DNA of 64,000 bases from an uncultured bacterium (lineage in GTDB: Bacteria > Desulfobacterota_D > UBA1144 > Nemesobacterales > UBA2774): NCBI GenBank assembly GCA_963825135.1, contig CAWGRW010000009.1, forward strand, positions 544,001 to 608,000, given 5' to 3'. Shown here one piece after another: positions 29,942 through 39,771 of the stretch; position 1 is the stretch's first letter; each line of letters begins with the position of its first letter. A program made the translations under genes and the position numbers. Under the pieces are notes generated by a model. That model made no database searches, had not been told where the DNA came from, and saw only the letters and a program-made list of their open reading frames with translations.

Positions 29942-30694
29942 TCAACTGTAGGCTTGCCGGGGTTTATAGAGAAGGGGGAGAACCTCCCCGGACTTACCGA
30001 GTATCGTGAGATCGAAAAGCGGCGAGTTGGGAGTATATTCGAGGTTTATCTCGACAACTGTCTTTCCGGTCTGCTTGGCCACGAGGCCCATCGATGCCGC
30101 GGGCTCAACGATTCCTGAGGTGCCTACGATGAGCATCACGTCGCACTCTTCGATTGACTTAAGCGATCTGTCTATAACCTGCATGGGTATGATCTCGCCG
30201 AACCATACCACGTTCGGCCGTCCGATCTCATTGCAAAGACCGCACCTGGGCGGTATCTCCTCGAGAGGGACCTTATGGTTCTGCTGGATGTCGCCGCACT
30301 TCGTGCACCTTACCTGCCATACATTCCCGTGCATCTCCAGAATATTCCTGCTGCCGGCCATCTGATGGAGACCGTCTATATTCTGCGTAATCAGCGTGAA
30401 CTTCTTTTTCTGGCTTTCAAGCTCCGCGAGAGCGAAATGCCCGGGATTCGGCTTCGCGTCCTTTATCGCATTCCTTCTCCAGTCATACCATTCCCACACG
30501 AGCTTCGGGTCGTCCCAGAACGCTTCCGCGGTCGCCAGGTCCTCCGACCGGAAATTCCGCCAGAGCCCGTCCTTGCCCCTGAAAGTCGGAACTCCGCTCT
30601 CAGCCGAAATACCGGCGCCGGTCAGTACCGTGAGCGAGGAACAATTCTCTATGATCTCCCTCGCGGCTTCTATTTTCTCGTGCATCTCGTTCAT
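29942..30694 (-). CDS. cobB: NAD-dependent protein deacylase (sirtuin, class III-like)
   Basis: GAGISAESGVPTFRG, WYDWRR, TQNIDGLH, HG, two CxxC pairs, RPNVVWFGE, GTSG. Confidence 0.93.
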   Translation of the reverse strand: MNEMHEKIEAAREIIENCSSLTVLTGAGISAESGVPTFRGKDGLWRNFRSEDLATAEAFWDDPKLVWEWYDWRRNAIKDAKPNPGHFALAELESQKKKFTLITQNIDGLHQMAGSRNILEMHGNVWQVRCTKCGDIQQNHKVPLEEIPPRCGLCNEIGRPNVVWFGEIIPMQVIDRSLKSIEECDVMLIVGTSGIVEPAASMGLVAKQTGKTVVEINLEYTPNSPLFDLTILGKSGEVLPLLYKPRQAYS

Positions 30695-30840
30695 ATAGAG
30701 TAAGTGTACAGCACTTCATAATTATCCAATATTCTTTTTTTCATTACTCACCCCGGGGAGCCGCGTGGAGATAATTAGGGTGTTCTGAAAGTAAGAATTT
30801 ATTGGTTTTAAAAGCGATGCAATCGCTCTTGAGGAGCCTC

Positions 30841-31974
30841 TCAATAGGCGGGCGTCATCGGATACGTAAATACTGCTTCTGAAAGATGCCCGGGATGGAC
30901 GATCATCTTTCTACCGCCTTGCCATTGAACGACGACCATTTCATGCCCAGTCTGAGAGCCCATATGATCCGTCCTGAAAATCCCGTAAAAAGTTTTGAAT
31001 TCAGCGCGCCGTCCTTTCTCTCTTAAGACCTTATCGTCGATGGTCCCCGCTTCCTCGATGCATTTTTGCACGATCAAGCCGATATTGTAACCCTGAGCCG
31101 CCACGTAATCCGGATCCTTCCCGTATGCCGACTTAAACCTGCCGACGAAATCCTCCGGCGACGGTCCGAGGTCGGGCGTTATTTTAATTCCGCTCTCCCA
31201 CTGACTGCAGGAGAGGAATCCATCCGCGTCGCTCCGAAACGTATCCTTAAACAGATTTATAGAAGCGGCGACAAGGGCGACCGCTTTTACCCTCGTTCCC
31301 GTTTTTATTATTTGCCCCGCAAGCGCGAGATCGTCGTGGGCTCGCCCCGCTCCCAGAATCATGTCCGGCAAAAAATCCAGGGCTTCCTCCAGAAGCCCCG
31401 AGAAATCCTCATGTCCGGACCGGAAGTTAAATTCCTTTATGGCGAATCCGTTCTCCCCCGCGAATGTCCTCGCTCCTCGGGCGATGTTTTTAGAGAAACC
31501 GCTGTCGAGGGCGCTGAATACCGCTATCCGCCCGGCCCCCGGGTCCTGTTTCCTGAGGAGCGTGATGATGCCTTCCGAGTACCTGCTCGCGGGAGTAATG
31601 GCGCTCACCAGGCAGTTAAATCCCCTTTCCTCGATTTCGTCGGTAGCCCCCCCGTGGTTCCAGAGAGTTACATCGTGCACCTCGGCAATTTCGGCCGAAG
31701 CGAGCGTAAGGGAGCTCGAATAAGGGCCGAAAACAATATCGACATTCTCTTTCGAGACCAGCCGCTCCGTATTCGACCGGCATGTCCGGACAGAGCTCCC
31801 GTCGTCCAGGCAAACGAGATCGACCGGGAGCTTTCTCCCGTATTCCTTTACGAAGATTCCCCCTTCTTTATTTACGTCCGCGACCCAGAGGCTCGTACCC
31901 CCAAAGCTCTCCCTGCCCTGGACGGAATAGATCCCGGTGAGTGAAACGGATATACCGATTTTGATTTTTCGCAT
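30841..31974 (-). CDS. Branched-chain-amino-acid-type solute-binding-fold protein lacking a signal peptide
   Basis: IKIGISVSLTG, VNKEGG, LDDGS, FGPYSS, FKTFYG, VVQWQ; no N-terminal hydrophobic segment. Confidence 0.8.
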   Translation of the reverse strand: MRKIKIGISVSLTGIYSVQGRESFGGTSLWVADVNKEGGIFVKEYGRKLPVDLVCLDDGSSVRTCRSNTERLVSKENVDIVFGPYSSSLTLASAEIAEVHDVTLWNHGGATDEIEERGFNCLVSAITPASRYSEGIITLLRKQDPGAGRIAVFSALDSGFSKNIARGARTFAGENGFAIKEFNFRSGHEDFSGLLEEALDFLPDMILGAGRAHDDLALAGQIIKTGTRVKAVALVAASINLFKDTFRSDADGFLSCSQWESGIKITPDLGPSPEDFVGRFKSAYGKDPDYVAAQGYNIGLIVQKCIEEAGTIDDKVLREKGRRAEFKTFYGIFRTDHMGSQTGHEMVVVQWQGGRKMIVHPGHLSEAVFTYPMTPAY

Positions 31975-32090
31975 GTCCGGAAGCCGCGCGAGTCAGCCTT
32001 AGACCGAGCGGGCCCTCCGCATATATTATATGCACATTATAAAGCCGCGTTTATGGGTGATATCCGGAACCGCAGGGGGGAACCCCGGCG

Positions 32091-33284
32091 TCAGCTCAGC
32101 TTTTTGACCGCTTCCTCGATCCTGTCCATTCCCTTAATTATATTTTCCATGGACGTCGCGAAAGATATCCTCACGTGGTTGTCCGATCCGAACGAATCAC
32201 CCGGGACTACGGCGACCTTCGCTTCGTCGAGCAGGAATTCAGTGAAATCCATCGAGCTGTTGATCGCTTTTCCGTTATATCGCTTGCCGAAAAATCCTGA
32301 TATATTGGGGAAAGCGTAGAAGGCGCCCTGGGGGCTGAAACATTTTATCCCCGGAATAGAATTCAGCCTCTCGACTATATAGTTCTTCCTCTTTTCAAAC
32401 TCCCGCGTCCTCTCCTCAATGATGTCGTGGGGACCCCTGTATGCTTCGAGGGCCGCCCACTGCGAGATGGATGTCGGGTTCGAAGTGGACTGTCCCTGGA
32501 GCTTGCCCATCGCGTTTATTACATCCTTGTCGCCTGCGGCATAGCCTATCCTCCACCCGGTCATCGAATACGTCTTTGAAACCCCGTTGACGAGAATAGT
32601 CGCTTTTTTTACGTCCTCTCCCAGAGCAGCTACGGGCGTGTGCTTCACGCCGTCATATATGATCTTGTCGTATATTTCGTCCGAGATGATTATAAGCCCC
32701 GCTTCCATCGCCACGTCCACAATCCGTCTGAGCTCCACTTCGTTATAGGTAGCCCCTGTGGGGTTTGAAGGGTAATTAAGAATGAGCGCCCTCGTCCTGG
32801 GGGTTATCAGCTTCCCGAGCTCGGCGGGGTCTATCTTGAAACCCTCATCCTCCTTCGTTTCGAGAATGACGGGAACAGCCCCAGCGAGCGTAATCTGCTC
32901 CGGATAAGACACCCAGTATGGTGACGGTATTATCACCTCGTCCCCTTCCTCGAAAAGGGCCTGGGTAAGGTTATAGAGGGTATGTTTGGCGCCGTTTGAG
33001 ACTATTATTTCGGACTTCTGATACTCGAGCCCGTAGTCAAGCTTCATCCTGTTGATTATCGCTTCCTTGAGCTCGTCAATGCCGCCCACGGCCGTATACT
33101 TCGTAAAACCGGATCTGATGGCCTTAACCGCTTCTTCCTTCACATTCTCCGGACTGTCGAAATCGGGCTCGCCGGCTCCGAACCCTATAACGTCCACGCC
33201 TTGAGATTTGAGCGCCTTCTCCTTTGCAGTAATTGCGAGAGTCGCCGAAGGCTGCAACTTTTTCGCGCGCGCAGAGAGTTTCAT
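32091..33284 (-). CDS. aspC: Aspartate aminotransferase (class I/II)
   Basis: GAGEPDF, NGAKH, PYWVSY, PSNPTG, SDEIY, SKTYSMTGWRIG, GAFY. Confidence 0.9.
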   Translation of the reverse strand: MKLSARAKKLQPSATLAITAKEKALKSQGVDVIGFGAGEPDFDSPENVKEEAVKAIRSGFTKYTAVGGIDELKEAIINRMKLDYGLEYQKSEIIVSNGAKHTLYNLTQALFEEGDEVIIPSPYWVSYPEQITLAGAVPVILETKEDEGFKIDPAELGKLITPRTRALILNYPSNPTGATYNEVELRRIVDVAMEAGLIIISDEIYDKIIYDGVKHTPVAALGEDVKKATILVNGVSKTYSMTGWRIGYAAGDKDVINAMGKLQGQSTSNPTSISQWAALEAYRGPHDIIEERTREFEKRKNYIVERLNSIPGIKCFSPQGAFYAFPNISGFFGKRYNGKAINSSMDFTEFLLDEAKVAVVPGDSFGSDNHVRISFATSMENIIKGMDRIEEAVKKLS

Positions 33285-33289
33285 CTGAT

Positions 33290-33784
33290 TTAATCCCTCC
33301 CGACCTGTAATAGTTTTTCCTTAAGCTTGATTTCGACAATCTGCGGGACCATTTTCACGGCTGACCCGCCCAGGGATACGACTTCCCTGATCACGGACGA
33401 GCTTATATGCGAGAACTCGCTGTCGGTCACCATAAATACGGTCTCCAGCTCGGCACTGAGCGTCTTATTAGCGAGGGCCATCTGGAGCTCGTACTCGAAG
33501 TCAGATACGGTCCTCATTCCCCTGAGCACGATGTTCGTCCCCATTTTCTTCGCATAATCCACCAGCAGACCCCCGAAATAATCGATCCTTACGTCCTCAC
33601 GGCCGCGGAATATCTCATTCAGCAGCTCGACCCTTTCCTCGAGCGTAAATATCGTTTTCTTCGAAGTGTTATGCGCGACCGCCACGACGATCTGACCGAA
33701 CACCTTCACGCCCCGCTCAATAATATTCTGATGGCCCTTTGTGAAGGGGTCGAACGATCCCGGATATATGGCTACTTTACACAT
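33290..33784 (-). CDS. coaD: Phosphopantetheine adenylyltransferase
   Basis: YPGSFDPFTKGH, RGMR..SDFEYE, ISSS. Confidence 0.96.
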   Translation of the reverse strand: MCKVAIYPGSFDPFTKGHQNIIERGVKVFGQIVVAVAHNTSKKTIFTLEERVELLNEIFRGREDVRIDYFGGLLVDYAKKMGTNIVLRGMRTVSDFEYELQMALANKTLSAELETVFMVTDSEFSHISSSVIREVVSLGGSAVKMVPQIVEIKLKEKLLQVGRD

Positions 33785-34332
33785 TCATCGCTCCTTCTGA
33801 AAAAACTGAGATGTGTGCCGCCGAACGGTTTTGTAAACCTCGCGAAACCCGGAGGCGCGTCGTTTATCTTGTGGTCGTGCTCAATAACCACGAGCCCTTT
33901 ATCCCCGAGCACGGGGGCGGCGCTCTGTATGAAATCCCCTACCTTGAGAACCTCGTAGAGCTTGTAGGGAGGGTCTATAAAAATGATATCGAACGTCTCG
34001 CCGTTGTTGCTCAGGACCTTAAGCGCATGGTCATAACCGGCGCACATCAGATCCGCGCGGTCGATAAATCCGCAATCAGTTAAATTCTGAATGAGTATCT
34101 TGAAGACGGAAGGGTCTTTCTCGATAAAAGTCACGTGAGAGGACCCGCGGCTGAGAGACTCGATCCCCAGACCTCCCGTGCCCGCGAATATATCCAGCAC
34201 CCTGAGACCCGAAATGTCCCCGAGCCTGTCGAACATCGATTTCTTCACCCTGCTCGTCGTAGGGCGTATCTTTTGACCCTTCGGGACCTTGAGTTTCCTG
34301 CCCTTGTGAGAACCTGTTAGCACCTGCAACAT
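33772..34332 (-). CDS. rsmD: 16S rRNA m2G966 methyltransferase
   Basis: KGRKL, RPT, LDIFAGTG, DPPY; canonical rsmD-coaD synteny. Confidence 0.92.
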   Translation of the reverse strand: MLQVLTGSHKGRKLKVPKGQKIRPTTSRVKKSMFDRLGDISGLRVLDIFAGTGGLGIESLSRGSSHVTFIEKDPSVFKILIQNLTDCGFIDRADLMCAGYDHALKVLSNNGETFDIIFIDPPYKLYEVLKVGDFIQSAAPVLGDKGLVVIEHDHKINDAPPGFARFTKPFGGTHLSFFRRSDECVK

Positions 34333-34414
34333 AAGGGTTCATATACTACCATAGCGGCCTTTTTTGGCAAAAACGTTATACGGATGGGTCTAAACGGAGG
34401 GCGGCGCGGCATTT

Positions 34415-35338
34415 CTAACCGAGCACGGCGCCCGGCTCTATCTTCCTTCCCGAAAGAAACGTCTTTGTGTCGAGCCTCTTTCCCCCCTCCGTCTGAAGCT
34501 CCAGAATATCGAGCGCTCCTTCCCCCGTCATGACCCGTAGAATTCCCTGCCCGGCAGCCAGCACCTCGCCGGGTTTCCCCTCCCCCTCCGACACCGCCGC
34601 TTTATAGAGCTTAAGCAGCTTACCGCCGGAAAATGTAAACGCCCCCGGCCAGGGGAGCATCCCCCTTATCAGGTTTCTTATGCCGCCCGCCGTATTATTC
34701 CAGTCTATCCTGCCGTCCTCTTTCTTCAGCATCGGCGCATACGTCGCGAGCGCATTATCCTGCTTGACGGGTACGAGATGTCCTTTCTTGAGCCCGGCGA
34801 TCGCCCGTAAGAGGAGCTCCGCCCCGGCGAGCGACAGCTTTTCGGTCAGGGTCTCCCCGGTGTCGTCGTACTCGATCGGGGTCTCCCGCGTAAGCAGTAT
34901 GTCCCCCGTATCCATCCCCTCGTCCATCCGCATGATGGTAACGCCCGTGACCGTCTCTCCGCGCGCGATGGCCCAATTTATGGGCGCGGCTCCCCTGTAT
35001 TTGGGGAGCAGGGAGGCGTGGACGTTAATGCAGCCATACTGCGGGAGTTCGAGCACGGCCTTGGGGAGAATCTTTCCGTAGGCCGCGACACATATGAGGT
35101 CCGGGCCCAGCGAAGCAAGCTCTCGCAAGAACCCTTCGGTTCTTATTCCCGGAGGCTGAAGAACCGGGATGCCGTGTTCTTCCGCGATTATCCTGGTCGG
35201 GGGCGGAGAGGGTTTGAGCCCCCTGCCCTTGGGCTTATCGGGCTGCGCCACGAGCGCGGCAACCTCGTCTTCAGACCCCAGCAATGCCTTTAACGAGGGC
35301 ACGGCGAACTCGGGCGTCCCCATGAATACGATCCTCAT
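34415..35338 (-). CDS. fmt: Methionyl-tRNA formyltransferase
   Basis: FMGTPEFA, QPDKPKGRG, AYGKIL, NVHASLLPKYRGAAP, MDTGD, PWPGA. Confidence 0.97.
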   Translation of the reverse strand: MRIVFMGTPEFAVPSLKALLGSEDEVAALVAQPDKPKGRGLKPSPPPTRIIAEEHGIPVLQPPGIRTEGFLRELASLGPDLICVAAYGKILPKAVLELPQYGCINVHASLLPKYRGAAPINWAIARGETVTGVTIMRMDEGMDTGDILLTRETPIEYDDTGETLTEKLSLAGAELLLRAIAGLKKGHLVPVKQDNALATYAPMLKKEDGRIDWNNTAGGIRNLIRGMLPWPGAFTFSGGKLLKLYKAAVSEGEGKPGEVLAAGQGILRVMTGEGALDILELQTEGGKRLDTKTFLSGRKIEPGAVLG

Positions 35339-35346
35339 GCATCTGG

Positions 35347-35375
35347 ATTATATTCACAAGAGTCCCTGTATTCAA
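35347..35375 (-). promoter_or_regulatory. Putative sigma70 promoter giving a near-leaderless fmt transcript
   Basis: TTGAAT, 17 nt, TATAAT; ATG eight nt downstream; no SD. Confidence 0.65.
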
Positions 35376-35482
35376 ACTATATTACAGAGGTGTAATCGCA
35401 GGTACTCCGGCTTGAGAGAGAGGGGTAACAGTGTTATGCCCGTGCGATACGGATTGGGATTGAATTTGAACAGAGGCGGAAT

Positions 35483-36811
35483 TTATTGGCCGTTCTCTTC
35501 GGGCTTTTCCGAAACTGCCTTGGTGAACTCTTCGGTTATCCATTTTTTTATCCCTTCCTGAGACCCCTTGCCGATGAGCTTCCTGACATTCTTTAATGAG
35601 ATGACCGCCTTCGCTGCGGACCTGTGTCCGCCGGCGCTGCCGATGTCTTTGAACAATTCCCTCACGAGCCTGCCCGCGCTCTTTACATACCCGACGTTTC
35701 TCACCGATATAATGAGGTGCGAATTCGCCAGCGTCCCGAATGCGACCGACCACTCGATGCCCTTTACCTGAATACCGAAGTCGGCCATTTTCGGAATCAG
35801 GTATTCCCTTTCCACCTTGCCTACGCTGACGAAGAATATCTGATTCACTATCCAATGGTCGGCAAGCGCCTGCCCGAAAGACTTTATCTCGGACGGGGGG
35901 ACTTCCGCGCGCTCGATGCGTCTCAATAGGCCGAGGTTCGCGAGCGGGTAGAGGAACGTGAAAGCCTCGACGTCGTCCGGGTCAGCGTCCCTGTTCAGCA
36001 TGACGGTATCCGTTTTGATTCCGTAGAGAAGCGCCGTCGCAAGCCTCTCCGATATATCGGTCTGGGACGCCCTCAGGTACTTAGTAAGAATCGTGGAGGT
36101 CGCTCCCTCCTCGGTCCTGATTTCCTTGAACCTCGCATCGTAAGAGCCGACAAGGGGGTGGTGGTCTATAACCGTATCCACAGGCGGCAGCTCCAAACCG
36201 AAAAACGGGGGCTGCACATCGAGGAGCGCGATCGAATCGAAGTCCCTGAGGTCTTCTACGCCAAGCTCCTGCAAATCAATTTCGAGGAGTTCTATCATTG
36301 CTACGTTTTCAGGACGGGAGATCTTATCCCCGAGATGGCCTATGATCGCGGTCTGTTTATTCCGCTTGAGGAGCGCCCTCAGCGCAAGCGCGCTCGCGAT
36401 CGAGTCGGGGTCAGGATGGTCGTGGAGCAGTATGAGCATCTTCTTCGCGTTGGCGTGGACTTTCCTGAGCTCGTCCACACGCAAGTCCGTCCTGGCGAGC
36501 TTTTCTTCGCGGGCTATCTCTTCGGACAGCAGTTTATGAAAGGCTACGAACCGCACGGACGGCGGAGGCTCTTCTTTCTGCTCACCGTTACTGACTATGA
36601 TCGGCGTCTGGGGATAATGCGCGGTCAGCTCCTTTGTAATCTCGGGAGTAAAAGAGCCGCTCTCAATCATGATTATGGAAAAATTGCCGGTCTGGTTGAG
36701 GGCTTCCTCGATCGAGCTCACCCAAATTACCTCGCCCCTTTTGGAGAAAAGCCCGAGTAGGAAGGAATCGAAATCCCCAATGAAAAGATAACGTCTGAGT
36801 TCCTTCGGCAT
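35483..36811 (-). CDS. DHH-family phosphoesterase with an extra N-terminal domain of about 110 aa
   Basis: HDHPDPDS, LLDV, IDHH, GATSTI, GIKTDT, SAGGH; start overlaps the trpA stop (TAATG). Confidence 0.88.
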   Translation of the reverse strand: MPKELRRYLFIGDFDSFLLGLFSKRGEVIWVSSIEEALNQTGNFSIIMIESGSFTPEITKELTAHYPQTPIIVSNGEQKEEPPPSVRFVAFHKLLSEEIAREEKLARTDLRVDELRKVHANAKKMLILLHDHPDPDSIASALALRALLKRNKQTAIIGHLGDKISRPENVAMIELLEIDLQELGVEDLRDFDSIALLDVQPPFFGLELPPVDTVIDHHPLVGSYDARFKEIRTEEGATSTILTKYLRASQTDISERLATALLYGIKTDTVMLNRDADPDDVEAFTFLYPLANLGLLRRIERAEVPPSEIKSFGQALADHWIVNQIFFVSVGKVEREYLIPKMADFGIQVKGIEWSVAFGTLANSHLIISVRNVGYVKSAGRLVRELFKDIGSAGGHRSAAKAVISLKNVRKLIGKGSQEGIKKWITEEFTKAVSEKPEENGQ

Positions 36812-37644
36812 TATGTATCAGCCCTGCTCGGGGATCTTTCACCCCTGCTGCCGCATGCCCCGCTCAAGCCGCTAACGAACCCGGAGAGCTCGTCAAATAA
36901 TTCTTTCTTCCTTTCACCGTGCTTTTCTATGATTCGGACTATCGCGCTCCCTACAATAACGGCGTCGGCATAGCCCGCGATTTTCGATACCTGCTCCGGC
37001 GAGGATATGCCGAACCCCACCCCTACGGGGAGCTTCGTCGAGCGCCTTATCTCCGACGTGAGGTCTTCGAGCGAATATTCCATACCGGGCCTGACGCCCG
37101 TAATGCCGGTAACCGAAACCAGATATACGAAACCGCTCGCGTTTTTAGTTACGAGACCGATCCTATCGCCCGTGCTCGTCGGAGCGAGGAGAAAAATGAA
37201 ATCGAGACCCGCCTTATCCGTGTAAACCTTGAATTCGCCCGCCTCTTCGGGAGGGAGGTCAACGGCGAGAACACCGTCGGCCCCCGCTTCCGCGGCGTCT
37301 TTGGAGAACCTTTCCAGCCCGTATTTAAAATAAGGATTATAGTAGCCGAAAAGGATTATGGGTATCTCGGATTTTTTCCTTATGCGCTTGACTATCTCCA
37401 GAACCGTCTTGAGGGTCGTGCCCTTTTTGAGGGCCCTTTCAGAGGCGAGCTGGATAACCGGCCCGTCCGCCATGGGGTCCGAGAACGGGACGCCCAGCTC
37501 GATTATGTCTGCCCCGCTCTCCTCGAGCTTGAGCACCAGGTCGGCCGTCAATTCGGGCGACGGGTCTCCCGCCGTAACGTAATTGACCAGAGCGATCCTG
37601 TTCTTCTTTTTCAGCTCTTTGAACTTATCGGCTATTCTGCTCAT
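36811..37644 (-). CDS. trpA: Tryptophan synthase alpha subunit
   Basis: AGDP, ELGVPFSDPMADGPVIQ, YYNP, DLPPEE, VGFGIS, VGSA. Confidence 0.97.
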   Translation of the reverse strand: MSRIADKFKELKKKNRIALVNYVTAGDPSPELTADLVLKLEESGADIIELGVPFSDPMADGPVIQLASERALKKGTTLKTVLEIVKRIRKKSEIPIILFGYYNPYFKYGLERFSKDAAEAGADGVLAVDLPPEEAGEFKVYTDKAGLDFIFLLAPTSTGDRIGLVTKNASGFVYLVSVTGITGVRPGMEYSLEDLTSEIRRSTKLPVGVGFGISSPEQVSKIAGYADAVIVGSAIVRIIEKHGERKKELFDELSGFVSGLSGACGSRGERSPSRADT

Positions 37645-37892
37645 GTGTTTTGGAGGTGGAATTAAAATGAGGTCAGCTGACAGTAATTTCTTCCCGGACC
37701 ACAGCTTTTTTTGAAGGTCATTTCGAAGATATAATCGCTAATTTAAAAGTAAGGAAACCCGCCCCGTAACTAAAGATTATGGGACACAATCTAACACCTC
37801 CGGGTCTAAAGTCAAGATTGGGCACGGGAGCCCGGCCGTAGGCAAACTCATGGGACGTCATAATCCGAGGATCGCGGAATTTGCAATAATAT

Positions 37893-39101
37893 TCATTGTT
37901 TTATGCCCTTTACAAGGATATCGGAAACGGTGTTGATGTCCTTGTCCCCCCTCCCCGAGAGGCATATAATAATTACCGAATCCCCGGGCATTCCGGGCGC
38001 GACCTTTCTCGCGTAGGCGATGGCGTGTGATGACTCGAGCGCCGGGATTATCCCCTCCATCCGGGAGAGGTATTTGAATCCTTCGAGGGCTTCAGAGTCC
38101 GTAACGTTCGTGTAGGCAACCCTCCCCGTATCACTCAGATACGAATGCTCGGGGCCGACGCCCGGGTAATCGAGACCCGGGGCTATGGAATGAGTCCCCA
38201 GGACCTGCCCGTTTTCGTCCTGAAGCAGATAGGTCTTGCTGCCGTGGAGAACCCCGACTGTTCCGCTGGAGATAGTTGCCGAGTGGCGCCCCGACTCCAG
38301 GCCGCTTCCGGCGGCCTCGACTCCCGTCATTTTAACCTTTTCATCGCCGAGGAACGGGTAGAAGAGACCCATGGCATTTGAGCCCCCGCCCACACAGGCG
38401 ATGAGGAGATCGGGCAGGCACTTCTCTTTCTCCAGTATCTGCTCCCTCGCCTCACTGCCTATGACCGACTGGAAGTCCCTGACCATCATGGGATAGGGAT
38501 GAGGTCCCGCCACGCTGCCTATTATATAAAAAGTGTCCCTTACGTTAGTGATCCAGTCCCTCATTGCCTCGTTCATCGCGTCTTTAAGCGTCTGAGTCCC
38601 CTGTGTCACCTCCCTCACCGTCGCGCCCAGGAGTTTCATGCGCGTTACGTTGAGCGCCTGACGTCTCGTATCCTCAAGCCCCATGAATATCTCGCATTCC
38701 ATGTCGAGGAGCGCCGCGACTGTCGCCGTTGCCACGCCGTGTTGTCCCGCCCCTGTCTCGGCGATTATCCTCTTCTTCCCCATCCGTGACGCAAGGAGCG
38801 CCTGGCCTATTGTGTTGTTTATCTTGTGAGCGCCCGTGTGCGCGAGGTCCTCGCGCTTGAGATAAATCCTCGCTCCCCCGAGGTCCTTCGTCATCCGCTC
38901 GGCGAAATAAAGCGGCGTCGGACGTCCGACGTATTCCTTCAGATAGAAATCGAGCTCCTTTTTGAACTCCGGGTCGTCTTTAATTTCGAGATACGCCTTT
39001 TCGAGCTGCAGTATCGCGGGCATCAGGGTTTCCGAGACATACCTGCCGCCGAATATGCCGAAATGCCCCGATTCGTCCGGCATTACAGGTCTAACCGCCA
39101 T
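37893..39101 (-). CDS. trpB: Tryptophan synthase beta subunit
   Basis: [48 protein letters not shown]. Confidence 0.98.
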   Translation of the reverse strand: MAVRPVMPDESGHFGIFGGRYVSETLMPAILQLEKAYLEIKDDPEFKKELDFYLKEYVGRPTPLYFAERMTKDLGGARIYLKREDLAHTGAHKINNTIGQALLASRMGKKRIIAETGAGQHGVATATVAALLDMECEIFMGLEDTRRQALNVTRMKLLGATVREVTQGTQTLKDAMNEAMRDWITNVRDTFYIIGSVAGPHPYPMMVRDFQSVIGSEAREQILEKEKCLPDLLIACVGGGSNAMGLFYPFLGDEKVKMTGVEAAGSGLESGRHSATISSGTVGVLHGSKTYLLQDENGQVLGTHSIAPGLDYPGVGPEHSYLSDTGRVAYTNVTDSEALEGFKYLSRMEGIIPALESSHAIAYARKVAPGMPGDSVIIICLSGRGDKDINTVSDILVKGIKQ

Positions 39102-39705
39102 TTTTCACCGCCTCGATAAATTTTCTCATCTTCATATGATTCTTTTTCCCCGGCGAGTCTTCCACGCCCGTGCTCACGTCGACCCCGTACGGCTCGACCG
39201 TTTCTATGGCGCGGATCACGTTTTCCGGGGTCAATCCCCCGGATAAAATAATCTTTTTCGATATTTGAATATCCTTTAATACCGCCCAGTCGAAGCTCGA
39301 ACCCGTCCCCCCGTACATTTCATCGGTGTGCTTATCAAAGAGGATAGCCCGAACCGGATAAAGTTCAACACGTTCCGTATCCACAGTGTCCTTCACCCTG
39401 ACCGCCTTTATCAATTTATAAGGGAGCCCTGCGCAGAACTCCGGGGTCTCGTCACCGTGGAGCTGTACTGTATCGATGCCCGACGCCTCGGCCGCTCCCT
39501 TTACCTCGCTGGCGCTCTGGTTCACGAAGACACCGACTGAAGAGACGAACGGAGGCAGTGAGGAGATTATCCGACCGGCGTCGCGGGGGTCTATATACCT
39601 CTTGCTGCCCTTATAAAATATAAAACCCAGCGCGTCCGCGCCCAGCTCCGCAGCCTGAAGAGCGTCCGCTGTATTCGTAATTCCACACACCTTTACTCTT
39701 GTCAT
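39091..39705 (-). CDS. trpF: Phosphoribosylanthranilate isomerase
   Basis: [41 protein letters not shown]. Confidence 0.96.
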   Translation of the reverse strand: MTRVKVCGITNTADALQAAELGADALGFIFYKGSKRYIDPRDAGRIISSLPPFVSSVGVFVNQSASEVKGAAEASGIDTVQLHGDETPEFCAGLPYKLIKAVRVKDTVDTERVELYPVRAILFDKHTDEMYGGTGSSFDWAVLKDIQISKKIILSGGLTPENVIRAIETVEPYGVDVSTGVEDSPGKKNHMKMRKFIEAVKNGG

Positions 39706-39716
39706 AGGAATGGAAA

Positions 39717-39745
39717 ATTATAAAAGCACAATCCGCTTATGTAAA
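39717..39745 (-). promoter_or_regulatory. Putative sigma70 promoter of trpF-trpB
   Basis: TTTACA, 17 nt, TATAAT; 11 nt upstream of ATG; no SD. Confidence 0.55.
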
Positions 39746-39771
39746 ACGGCCTGCTCCGCCGTTACCACTCT

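Noticed and set aside
39706..39771. trp attenuator or leader peptide
   Set aside because: No Trp-codon leader and no room; the promoter abuts trpF.
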